Origin: Candidatus Nomurabacteria bacterium RIFCSPLOWO2_01_FULL_39_18 | Lineage (GTDB): Bacteria > Patescibacteriota > Minisyncoccia > Phycocordibacterales > UBA9973 | NCBI GenBank assembly: GCA_001787005.1 | Contig: MFUV01000004.1 | Span: forward strand, 911-64,910 | Direction: 5' to 3' | DNA length: 64,000 nucleotides | In this document: positions 9,417 through 17,967 of the stretch, one piece after another | How positions within the stretch are numbered: the first letter of the stretch is position 1 | Layout: the number at the start of each line of letters is the position of its first letter | Position numbers and translations under genes: made by a program | Notes under the pieces: model-generated | Told to the model about the DNA's origin: nothing | What the model saw: the letters and a program-made list of their open reading frames with translations, nothing else | Database searches by the model: none

Positions 9417-10749
9417 CTTTTATTGTTCCATCTTGGGCGATTAACTTAGCTGGAGAAGATAGTAAACAATGGTGGGAGGCTAGAGCATCTTGATAAGCAC
9501 CAGAGTCAAAGATCGCCAGATACTGTGGCTCCCCTTCCTTTAGCTTAGGCATTAGTACATAACTTCCCCCAGAAGTGTATTTATCATCAGAATCACAAGA
9601 ACTTCCAGCAAGCCAAACACTTTTGAGAGTAGTCGCATTGGCATTATTAACTGGTACTATGTGCCACTTCTGGTGGATAGCCCATGTGTCTAGAAGGTCG
9701 TTCATAAAACTTCCGTCAATTACATACCAGGATTTTGCATTTGCCTTTGGAATAGGTTTTTCGGCAATTACACTGTATATAGTGACCTGAGCTGGAGCTA
9801 CGATGTATCTACCCCATTCGACAGCCAAATTTGGATGGCGAATCCTGGCTTTATCGCTCATTTTTTTAAGAAGCTTAACTATCTGCTCAGAAACTTTTTT
9901 TGCTCCATAAAACGGCTTTTTTTCATAAGGTACTCCAAAACCGCCACCAACATCAAGCGTGTCCAAGTTCGGATGATTTTTAACCAATTTTACATACAAA
10001 CCCATGGCTTCCTCAATCGGCTGCATGACACTCTTGGCGTTGTTGATTTGTGAGCCAATGTGGTAATGCAAAAGTTTTAGGTTTTTCATTTTTGGCAAAT
10101 CAAGTAGTTCTTTCGAGGAAAATCCGAAACGATCCACTTTCTTGTCCCAGTGGGTGTCTGCTTTGGTATCTAAATTGACCCTTATCCCCACCTCGCCTTT
10201 ATATTTAGCTAAACGTTCCAGCTCGTGTTCATCTTCAATGATTGGCATTATAGATAAATCCTTGAGTCGTAATTCCTCAATCAGTTTTATATATGCTTCT
10301 GTTTTGGGACCATTACAAAGAACGCGAATTTTGGAATGGAATTTTTCTCCCTCCCAAAGCTTTTTCACAATCCAGAGTTCGTTGACCGAACCAACCTCCA
10401 TATGCGCTCCTTCAGAGATTAAAGGCATCACAAATTCTTTGTTTTGATTCACTTTCAATGGATAGTGATAGAAGAATTTACCCCGATATCCCTGAATCTT
10501 CATGTAAGCTTGAAAATAATCGTGCAGATCTTCTAAACGTTCCTCGAGAATAAATGGAAAAACTATTTCCGTGGGTGAACCGTACTTTTTTACAATATCA
10601 TTAAGATTATAAATATAGTTTCCTTCTCGGATGGTCAGCTCGCCGTCCTTGGTAATGTCAAAATACTGAGTGTTCCACTCTTCCATTCCTAGCTTCCAAA
10701 ATTTCTTCCAATTCTTGCCCGGTTTTTTTGGTTTTTTTTTCTTTGGCAT
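9346..10749 (-). CDS. PLP-dependent fold-III decarboxylase, probably arginine decarboxylase
   Basis: Orn/DAP/Arg decarboxylase signatures YPLKVNQNKEFVMPLISEG and LDTLDVGGGFGV. Lys-rich N-terminus. The neighbouring agmatinase suggests an Arg to agmatine step. Confidence 0.7.
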   Translation of the reverse strand: MPKKKKPKKPGKNWKKFWKLGMEEWNTQYFDITKDGELTIREGNYIYNLNDIVKKYGSPTEIVFPFILEERLEDLHDYFQAYMKIQGYRGKFFYHYPLKVNQNKEFVMPLISEGAHMEVGSVNELWIVKKLWEGEKFHSKIRVLCNGPKTEAYIKLIEELRLKDLSIMPIIEDEHELERLAKYKGEVGIRVNLDTKADTHWDKKVDRFGFSSKELLDLPKMKNLKLLHYHIGSQINNAKSVMQPIEEAMGLYVKLVKNHPNLDTLDVGGGFGVPYEKKPFYGAKKVSEQIVKLLKKMSDKARIRHPNLAVEWGRYIVAPAQVTIYSVIAEKPIPKANAKSWYVIDGSFMNDLLDTWAIHQKWHIVPVNNANATTLKSVWLAGSSCDSDDKYTSGGSYVLMPKLKEGEPQYLAIFDSGAYQDALASHHCLLSSPAKLIAQDGTIKVARKRETAEAIGRLFGWTNGDHK

Positions 10750-10978
10750 TTGAGTATTAATGTAACAAAAAGAAGTATAGCAAGTGTTAATGAAATGTAA
10801 ATACTGTGGATAAGTAGAGGGGTGTGGTTGGTAGTGTTCCGAACCCCGCCCTCTTCCTCTTTAAAGAAACATCCCTGAAATGTTAGACACTGAGTGTTCA
10901 ACATTTCTATTTCCTTAAAGCCACGGCGACTCTATAGACATTCAAAGAACTATTTCTTAAAAGAACAAATTCATTTCT

Positions 10979-11269
10979 CTAAACCCATGCCACTTTTTTA
11001 AACACTTGCACTGACTGTATCTTTCTAATTTGTAAAACAATTCTGAAAACTTTATTCGACTTTCTGGCGACATTTCGTTCCGACCAGACTTTCATCTCCA
11101 CGAAGTTTGCCTTTTCTCTATTTTTTACTTTCACAAAATCCTTTTCTATGCGTTTCATTAGTCTAGTTAGTCTTCCCATGAATTCTTTATTTTTGAGTGC
11201 ATTTTTATTATTGCCAACTTTTACAATAACCATCTCACCCAGATATTTTTTTAAGTTATTTGCTTTCAT
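10979..11269 (-). CDS. Hypothetical basic protein
   Basis: 96-aa ORF directly after the argH stop. It is not the missing argH C-terminal domain. Confidence 0.25.
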   Translation of the reverse strand: MKANNLKKYLGEMVIVKVGNNKNALKNKEFMGRLTRLMKRIEKDFVKVKNREKANFVEMKVWSERNVARKSNKVFRIVLQIRKIQSVQVFKKVAWV

Positions 11270-11290
11270 TTTTATGTCTTTAGTAGTTGT

Positions 11291-12469
11291 TTACCCATAT
11301 TTTTTTGAGACTTCTCGATATGCTTCTCGGAAAGACATTCCTTTTTCAACTAAGTTATAAACTTCAGCCGTAGCGTAGAGTTCTGAAGTTAATCCATTTT
11401 CACATTTCTTTTGATTAACTTTTAGATTCTTAAAGATTTCAGCCAACATGTATAAACTTTCTGAAACAATTTCAAAGGTTTTAAATACTGGCTCTTTAAG
11501 TAACTGCAAATCTCTGTGATAGCCTGATATTAAATTACTAGTAATACCCTTTACCCGTAACTCGCAAGAGACTACTGTATGATATTTTGCTCTCAGTAAT
11601 TCCAACACATCAGGATTTTTCTTTTGTGGCATTATCGAACTGCCTGTGCGAAATTCCTTGGGTAATTCAAAGTAACCAAATTCCGACATGCTGAACATAA
11701 TTAAGTCCGATGATATTTTATTGGCATCAAACATAATTTGAGCAAGGGCATGCAAAATCGCCGATTCAAACTTACCACGACTGTTTTGCGCATAAATTGG
11801 ATTTTGTTGAACTTTTTTGAAACCTAAAATTTTTGCGGTAAAGTTTCTTTCAATTCTTATAGGCAAGCCGTATCCAGCCGCAGTTCCGAGTGGAGACTGA
11901 TCTATTAAGTCCTCTGCGTAAGCCAAAGATTTTAAATTATCTTGCATGGAATCTATAAAACTTTCTGCCAACATTTTTATTGATGAAGGCATAGCTTTGC
12001 GAGTATGCGTGTAGCCAGGAAATTTAATTTTTCCATAAAGCTTGGAAAAATTTCGCAAGCTACTAATAAATTTCTCACACAACTCATTACAAATCTTTAA
12101 GTTATCTTTGTAATATAATCTCAAAGCAACCAGAACTTGATCATTGCGAGAACGAGCAGTGTGAATTTTCTCTCCCAATATTCCCAACTTTTTAGTAAGA
12201 TAATTTTCTATGGCTGTATGACAGTCTTCTTGTTCGGGTAAGATTTTGAACTTACCTTTTGCGTCTAAACTAATAATTTCTTGTAAGGATTTAGATAGCT
12301 TTTTCACCTCTGTACTTTTGAGTAGTCCGATTTTCCCCAGCATTTGGGCATGAGCCGTGGAAGCCAAACAGTCATACTTGACCAGTTGTTGGTCAAGAAT
12401 ATAATCTTGTCCCACCGTAAATTTCTCTACATCTTTATTTAATTTGTAATTTTTTTGCCAGAGTTTCAT
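11291..12469 (-). CDS. argH: Argininosuccinate lyase, apparently lacking ~60 C-terminal residues
   Basis: Fumarate-lyase signature GSSIMPQKKNPD and an ArgH-like N-terminus. At 392 aa it is ~65 aa shorter than typical, ending shortly after FREAYREV. Its start overlaps the argG stop. Confidence 0.8.
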   Translation of the reverse strand: MKLWQKNYKLNKDVEKFTVGQDYILDQQLVKYDCLASTAHAQMLGKIGLLKSTEVKKLSKSLQEIISLDAKGKFKILPEQEDCHTAIENYLTKKLGILGEKIHTARSRNDQVLVALRLYYKDNLKICNELCEKFISSLRNFSKLYGKIKFPGYTHTRKAMPSSIKMLAESFIDSMQDNLKSLAYAEDLIDQSPLGTAAGYGLPIRIERNFTAKILGFKKVQQNPIYAQNSRGKFESAILHALAQIMFDANKISSDLIMFSMSEFGYFELPKEFRTGSSIMPQKKNPDVLELLRAKYHTVVSCELRVKGITSNLISGYHRDLQLLKEPVFKTFEIVSESLYMLAEIFKNLKVNQKKCENGLTSELYATAEVYNLVEKGMSFREAYREVSKKYG

Positions 12470-13734
12470 TTTTTATCTTTTTTATTTTTAACTGATAATT
12501 GATTTGCTAGTTTCATCTGTAAAGAGTAAATTTCAATAAATCCTGCACTTGCATTTACATTGAGTCCATACCCCTCTGTGTTATTAAATGAAGCATGGTC
12601 TAAGGCGTACGGAGACTGTACTGTGATGACAGTGGTGTTACCTTTGAATAATCTAATTTGTACTTTTCCTGTGACTTTTTGATTAATGAAATCATTAAAA
12701 TGATTTATTGATTGCATCGCTGGGTCATACCACTGAGCTCCATAGCATAAGTAGCCCCACTTTATGTCAGAAATTTCCTTGAGTTCATTCTGCACTCTTG
12801 TGCAAACATATTTTTCTAAATTCTTATGCGCTTCAATAATTACGTGTGCCGCAGGATGTTCATAAACACCACGATTTTTCAAACCAACAATTCTATCTTC
12901 AAGTAAGTAAACAGTTCCAACTCCGTGCTTCCCCGCTAATTTATTTAGTTTAACTATCAGCTTTGCTAATGACATTTTTGTGCCGTTTAAAGCCACAGGT
13001 AGACCTTGGTTAAAATCTAGAGTTACTATTCCTGGTTCGTCTGGTGCATTTTTGGGTAAAGTATAAGTGGTCAAAAACTTTTCTTCCGGCACTATTTGGG
13101 TTGGATTTGTAATTTCCCCGCCTTCCCAAGTAATGCCCCACATGTTGTCATCGTCGCTGTAAGGAAAATCTAGAGAAGCAGGAATAGGAATATTATTTTT
13201 TTGAGCGTATTTTATTTCTGCATTTCTGTCCATGTTCCACTCTCGAACTGGCGCAAGAATTTTTATTTTTGGTTCCAAAGCTACAACATAACCTTCAATT
13301 CTAACTTGGTCATTACCCTTACCCGTGCAACCGTGAGCAATACAATCAGCGTTTTCTTTTTTAGCTATTTCTACCGCCTTCTTTGCTAATATGGCCCTAC
13401 CGATTGGTGTAGAAAGATGATAGTTACCTTGATAACAAGCATTGGCTTTAATTCCATAAGAAATATATTCTTTAGCAAATTCTTCTCTCACATCTAAAGC
13501 GATAGCTTTTATTGCTCCGAACTTTAAAGCTTTTTGTCTAATTGCTTATAAGTCATCGTGTTGCTGACCTAAGTTTAGAGTTAAAGCAATAACTTGAACT
13601 TTATATTGATCCTGAATCCACTTAAGCATCACCGAAGTATCTAAACCTCCGGAATACAAAAGTAAAACTTTTTTTATCTCCCCTTTTTGCGCTTCATAAG
13701 AAGCGACTTTTATGTAAGATGTTTTTTTATTCAT
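12466..13734 (-). pseudogene. argG: Argininosuccinate synthase interrupted by a single in-frame TAA
   Basis: The 62-aa ORF 13546..13734 ([14 protein letters not shown]...LGQQHDDL) and the 341-aa ORF 12466..13491 are in the same frame. Reading through gives ...QQHDDL*AIRQKALKFGAIKAIALDVREEF..., which is contiguous ArgG sequence. The stop is the rc of tta at 13546-13548. Confidence 0.75.
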
Positions 13735-13785
13735 ATTTTTTATTTATTAGTTAATAATTTAGAAGAACTAAAAATCTAATGGGTA

Positions 13786-14000
13786 CGAAAAAAGCTCCGT
13801 CCCCGGGGAAAACGTAAAGTTTCCCTCAAGGACGGAGCTTGTAAAAGTCCGTGGTACCACCCTGGTTCCATCTCAACAATCAAAATGAGATGACACTTGA
13901 TCCGAGACTAACATCCCGGTGTCTAATTTTACGGTTAGACTTCCGTAAGGCATTTTTGCCTTCAGCTGGCAGGACGCGACTCTCGCTCGTAACGCTTTAT
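13786..14000 (-). promoter_or_regulatory. T-box-like leader with an intrinsic terminator upstream of argG
   Basis: On the minus strand, AACCAGGGUGGUACCACGGAC (plus 13847-13869) matches the T-box consensus AGGGUGGNACCGCG. It is followed by a 10-bp-stem hairpin AGCUCCGUCC...GGACGGAGCU plus U6 (plus 13786-13839). TTGACA sits at plus 14047-14052. Confidence 0.55.
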
Positions 14001-14082
14001 AAGGTAATATTTAATTGTGAGAAAAGTTTAACAAAATCAAGGTTCTTGTCAACTGTGGATAACTATGGCTTGATTTTCATTT

Positions 14083-14099
14083 GTACATTTTGTACAATA
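14083..14099. promoter_or_regulatory. Palindromic candidate operator overlapping the -10 of the phd-mazF module
   Basis: Sequence TTGTACAttttGTACAAT. Confidence 0.35.
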
Positions 14100-14104
14100 C
14101 ACCT

Positions 14105-14362
14105 ATGAACATAAAAACACTTTCAACAACACAGGCCAGAAAAGATATGAGCGATTTGATAAACATTGTCTCTATAAGTCGCAAATCAATTGTCATCGGA
14201 CGCAGGAATGTTCCGGAAGTAGTTCTGATCCCCTTCCCGGCATTTTGGAATGGCAAACTTTCTGAGATAACCAACATGAATACATACTCTAAAAGTTTTG
14301 ATTTTCTTAAAGACGAACCGGAAATTTATTCTGTAAAAGATATAAAAAAGAGATATGCATAA
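14105..14362 (+). CDS. Phd/YefM-family antitoxin
   Basis: Segment MNIKTLSTTQARKDMSDLINIVSISRKSIVIGRRNVPEVVLIPF. The 3' end overlaps the toxin gene. Confidence 0.7.
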   Translation: MNIKTLSTTQARKDMSDLINIVSISRKSIVIGRRNVPEVVLIPFPAFWNGKLSEITNMNTYSKSFDFLKDEPEIYSVKDIKKRYA

Positions 14363-14696
14363 AATAGGAGATATCGTACTGACGCCTTTCCCTTTTACCG
14401 ACCTTTCTGGTAATAAAGTTCGCCCGGCTCTTGTGCTCGGAGTACAAGACGGAGGCGATGATGTAACTGTTTGCTTTATTTCTTCTAATGAGCAAAACAA
14501 AATTCATAAGTTTGATATTCTGATTGACTTTAAAGATAAAAGCTTCAAAAAGACAGGGCTTAAGTTAAAATCAATTATTAAAGTAGTAAAAATAGCTACT
14601 CTAGATAAAGTGGTGATTCTAGGAAAAATTGGAGAGCTGGATACTTCAAATATGCGAAGGGTAAAAAATGTTTTGAAAGTTTATTTTGGATTGTAG
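14355..14696 (+). CDS. PemK/MazF-family toxin
   Basis: Segment GDIVLTPFPFTDLSGNKVRPALVLGV. Confidence 0.75.
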   Translation: MHKIGDIVLTPFPFTDLSGNKVRPALVLGVQDGGDDVTVCFISSNEQNKIHKFDILIDFKDKSFKKTGLKLKSIIKVVKIATLDKVVILGKIGELDTSNMRRVKNVLKVYFGL

Positions 14697-15952
14697 TTTT
14701 TTAAAAACTCCTCCTTAAATTCAAAAAAGTTATCATCTAAGATCGACTGCCTGATTTTTTTCACCAAATTAATAATGAAATATAAATTGTGCGTAGTGGC
14801 GAGGGTGGCGGCTAGCATTTCCTTGCCGTGAAAAAGATGGCAGAGATAAGCGCGAGTAAAACCCCCTGTTGTCCCCCTTGTCAGGGGGACAGGGCCCTCC
14901 TCCCCTGATAAGGGGAGGTCTCGGGAGGGGTTGTTGCACACATAGCACCCACAACCATCCTCAATCGGTTGGAAATCCCCCCGGTACTGGGCATTGGTGA
15001 TATTTATTTTTCCATTCTTGGTATATAGCGTTCCGTTTCTCCCATTGCGTGTCGGCGCGACGCAATCAAAAAGATCCACTCCATTTTCCACCCCCATAAA
15101 CAAATCCTCCGGTTCTCCGATGCCGAGCAAGTGCCGGGGCTTATCTTCTGGCAAAATTTCGTTCACCAGCCTGGTTGTCAGCTCCATGTGTTCCTTGGTA
15201 TAAGAGCCACCAATGCCAAATCCATCAAAAGGCAGACTGGAAATATATTCCGCGGATTTTTTGCGCGAATCTTTTTCCAGGCCGCCCTGCACAATGCCAA
15301 ACAGGGCTTGGGTATCTTTGTTTGGTTTGGATTGGTGATACTCTAGTGAACGCTTCGCCCAAGCATGGGTGCGAGAAAGAGCTTCGTTTTGATATTCATA
15401 ACTTTCATGCGGAGACGTAGCTTCATCAAAAGCAAAGATAATATCCGCGCCCAGGTTGTGCTGGATTTCCATAGATTTCTCCGGAGTGATGTAGTGAAGC
15501 GTTCCGTCTATATGTGAACGAAACGAGACACCGTCATTGCCGATATTGGCAAGCCGAGGCGCGCCATCTTCTGCGCTAGACCGCTCTGGAATTTGAATGG
15601 CAGGTTCGGTTCCTCTAATGACTTTCGAAAAGTCTTTTCCATAAGCCGCACCGAGAGAAAAAACTTGAAAGCCGCCAGAGTCGGTAATGATCGGACCCTC
15701 CCAATTCATAAACTTGTGGAGTCCACCGGCACGAGCCACTAATTCGTCTCCCGGCTGGAGGTAGAGATGGTAAGTGTTGGCAAGCACTACCTCTGCCCCT
15801 AATTCCGCCACCTGTAGGGGCGTGAGCGCCTTAACAGAGGCCTTGGTGGCAACAGGCACAAAGGTCGGAGTATGAATCTCCCCATGCGAGGTTTTCAAAA
15901 CCCCCGCCCTTCCTAAACTATTTTCTAATTTTTTTTCTATCTTGAAATGCAT
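14681..15952 (-). CDS. tgt: Queuine tRNA-ribosyltransferase with a ~21-aa in-frame insertion
   Basis: Motifs DCVAPTRNGRNG, LGIGEPEDL and the zinc site CGCYVCNN...TRAYLCHL. The extra peptide PSRDLPLSGEEGPVPLTRGTTGGF lies between the zinc site and TRAYL. It is encoded by the GC-rich palindromic element at 14861-14932. Confidence 0.9.
   Translation of the reverse strand: MHFKIEKKLENSLGRAGVLKTSHGEIHTPTFVPVATKASVKALTPLQVAELGAEVVLANTYHLYLQPGDELVARAGGLHKFMNWEGPIITDSGGFQVFSLGAAYGKDFSKVIRGTEPAIQIPERSSAEDGAPRLANIGNDGVSFRSHIDGTLHYITPEKSMEIQHNLGADIIFAFDEATSPHESYEYQNEALSRTHAWAKRSLEYHQSKPNKDTQALFGIVQGGLEKDSRKKSAEYISSLPFDGFGIGGSYTKEHMELTTRLVNEILPEDKPRHLLGIGEPEDLFMGVENGVDLFDCVAPTRNGRNGTLYTKNGKINITNAQYRGDFQPIEDGCGCYVCNNPSRDLPLSGEEGPVPLTRGTTGGFTRAYLCHLFHGKEMLAATLATTHNLYFIINLVKKIRQSILDDNFFEFKEEFLKNYNPK
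14861..14932. repeat. GC-rich palindromic element (RPE-like), copy A, in-frame inside tgt
   Basis: Tandem hairpins gtccccc-ttgtca-gggggac and cctcccc-tgataa-ggggagg in an AT-rich gene. Related copies lie at 42357-42449, 53106-53172 and 60176-60212. Confidence 0.5.
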
Positions 15953-15957
15953 AAATC

Positions 15958-16070
15958 AAAATGGGGGCAAGGTAATGTTTTTAGAGACTTGCGAGAGCGA
16001 CGGCTCGAACACGAGGAATTTTTTAGCAAAAAAATATCCGTGCTCTAAAAACATTACCTTGCCCCCATTT
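15958..16070. repeat. Composite palindromic element between tgt and mreC
   Basis: A perfect 28-bp inverted repeat, aaatgggggcaaggtaatgtttttagag at 15958-15985 and its reverse complement at 16043-16070. It encloses an AT-type hairpin at 16007-16045 that recurs inside pheT. The right arm encodes the last residues and stop of mreC. Confidence 0.55.
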
Positions 16071-16896
16071 CCACCTCCACAAACTTCAACTCTTGTATAT
16101 TCACTGGTGAAACAAGAAGCGCCTTTTGGAAAGAATCGCGCGGGTCAGAAATTATTGCTTCAACAACCCCCACGACATGGGGCATAATTCCCGGCAAAAC
16201 TGCCTGGTCTCCTTTTTTTAGAAAAAAATCTCTCGGCAATATCATTTCAAAGTTCCCTCCGCCCCGACCCACAATTTCCATAGAAACATCCTTGGTTGTC
16301 GTGATTTCACCAAACTCGCCCGCAATATTGTGATCAAGAGAAATTGTTATGTTGGTTTTCTCTCCACTACTCGAAAACAAAACAACTTTTGAAGAAGATC
16401 CATAAACTTCTCGAACACGCCCGATTGGCACAAAGCCTGAGGCAAATACCTTATCCCCTACTTGTAATCCCTGTTTTGTACCAACATCGATAACAAGCGT
16501 ATCATAGACGCTCTGATTTGGTCTAGACAGAATAGCGGCCAGGATCATTGGGGCTCCTTCTCTCTTTCTCCCTAAAATTTCCTTGAGTTTTGAATTCTCT
16601 TCCAAAATAGAATTATAATTCGACAGTTCTGCTTCGCTTTCGCGAAGTTTTGTTCTTAGATCTTCATTTTCTTCTATTAAAGAATTCTTTGAAGTAAAAA
16701 AATAAGAAATATCTCCCAATTTATCTCTAACACTATTTCCGAAAACCACAACTGGACGAAAGATAGTGCTTGAAACGTAAGCCAATCCATGAAAAATATT
16801 CATCCTAAAATAAAAAAGAACGGAAAAAAGTATGACAAAAAAGAAAGTGTAGGAAAATTCTTTTTTCTTTGATTTTCTATCTTGGAGGTAATTCAT
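16054..16896 (-). CDS. mreC: Rod shape-determining protein MreC
   Basis: N-terminal TM helix plus coiled coil, and position downstream of mreB. Confidence 0.8.
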   Translation of the reverse strand: MNYLQDRKSKKKEFSYTFFFVILFSVLFYFRMNIFHGLAYVSSTIFRPVVVFGNSVRDKLGDISYFFTSKNSLIEENEDLRTKLRESEAELSNYNSILEENSKLKEILGRKREGAPMILAAILSRPNQSVYDTLVIDVGTKQGLQVGDKVFASGFVPIGRVREVYGSSSKVVLFSSSGEKTNITISLDHNIAGEFGEITTTKDVSMEIVGRGGGNFEMILPRDFFLKKGDQAVLPGIMPHVVGVVEAIISDPRDSFQKALLVSPVNIQELKFVEVEMGAR

Positions 16897-17923
16897 CTTG
16901 ATTCCCGATTAAAACTTCATGGTAAGATGCCATATCATCGAGTATTATTCCCGTCCCGCGAGCCACAGCTGAAAGCGGATCTTCCACCACATGCACTCTA
17001 ATCTTGAGAACACTTTGCAGGAGCTGGTCGAGCCCAGAGATTAGGGCGCCGCCGCCAGAGAGCGTGATGCCTCTATGCATAATATCCGATAAAATCTCGG
17101 GCGGGGTCGTCTCAAGCATGTCTCTGACTCCTCCCACTAATTCTTTTATCGACAACATCATGGCTTCGCGAATATCAGAATCTGTCACCACAACTTCGCG
17201 GGGTAGTCCAGTAAGAATATCGCGCCCATGAACTTCAGTTTCCATATACTCTCCTGGAATGACAGAGCCGATAGCGATTTTTACCATTTCGGCTGTTCTT
17301 TCACCGACAAGAATCTTAAATTCATCGCGCATATAAGAAATAATATCGTTGTTTAATCTATCGCCTGCTATTTTTAAATTTTTTGATTTTACAATTCCGC
17401 CGAGAGATATAACTGCGATGTCTGTTGTCCCGCCACCAATATCTATGATCATCGACCCAACAGGGTCTTTTATAGGAAGTCTGATGCCGATAGCCGCGGC
17501 CATGGGTTCTTCTACCAAGAAAACTTCTCTAGCTCCAGCCGAGCGCGCCGCATCATACACAGCGCGGGTCTCGACATTGGTGGTACCAGATGGCACACCG
17601 ATCAGAACTCTCGGTCGCGCTAACTTTTTAGACATTTTATCTGCTTTGTTTATGAGGTATGAAAGCATCTCTTCGGTAACTTCGAAATCTGAAATAACGC
17701 CATCAACCAGTGGGCGCACAGCTTTGATGTGTCCCGGAGTGCGACCCAGCATTTCTTTCGCTTTCGTACCCACAGCCAGGATTTGACTGGTTTTCATATT
17801 AACAGCCACGACTGAAGGTTCGTTGATGACGATCCCGTGACCCTTTAAATATACTAAGGTATTCGAAGTGCCTAGGTCTATGCCTATATCATTCGAAATT
17901 AATTTATAAATCTTTTCAAACAT
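16877..17923 (-). CDS. mreB: Rod shape-determining protein MreB
   Basis: Segment IGIDLGTSNTLVY and the actin-like fold motifs. Confidence 0.95.
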   Translation of the reverse strand: MFEKIYKLISNDIGIDLGTSNTLVYLKGHGIVINEPSVVAVNMKTSQILAVGTKAKEMLGRTPGHIKAVRPLVDGVISDFEVTEEMLSYLINKADKMSKKLARPRVLIGVPSGTTNVETRAVYDAARSAGAREVFLVEEPMAAAIGIRLPIKDPVGSMIIDIGGGTTDIAVISLGGIVKSKNLKIAGDRLNNDIISYMRDEFKILVGERTAEMVKIAIGSVIPGEYMETEVHGRDILTGLPREVVVTDSDIREAMMLSIKELVGGVRDMLETTPPEILSDIMHRGITLSGGGALISGLDQLLQSVLKIRVHVVEDPLSAVARGTGIILDDMASYHEVLIGNQDELPPR

Positions 17924-17967
17924 AATTTTCCAGATAGAGCTTTAGACTCTAGATAGAGTCTAAAGCT

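Noticed and set aside
10835-10875. Possible additional GC-rich palindromic element upstream of the decarboxylase gene (gaggggtgtggttggtagtgttccgaaccccgccctcttcctc).
   Set aside because: Only loose complementarity and no clean hairpin. Insufficient to assign to the RPE-like family without computation.
13790-13990. Possible SRP RNA or tmRNA in the argG-phd intergenic region. It is structured, relatively GC-rich and has a CUGGCAGG-like segment.
   Set aside because: No SRP domain-IV motif (GGAAGCAGC-type) and no tmRNA tRNA-like ends. The T-box motif plus a downstream terminator in an amino-acid biosynthesis leader explains the structure better.
15942-16187. 81-aa plus-strand ORF spanning the tgt/mreC intergenic palindrome.
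   Set aside because: It is composed of the 28-bp inverted repeat and the mreC 3' end read on the opposite strand. No start context, so likely spurious.
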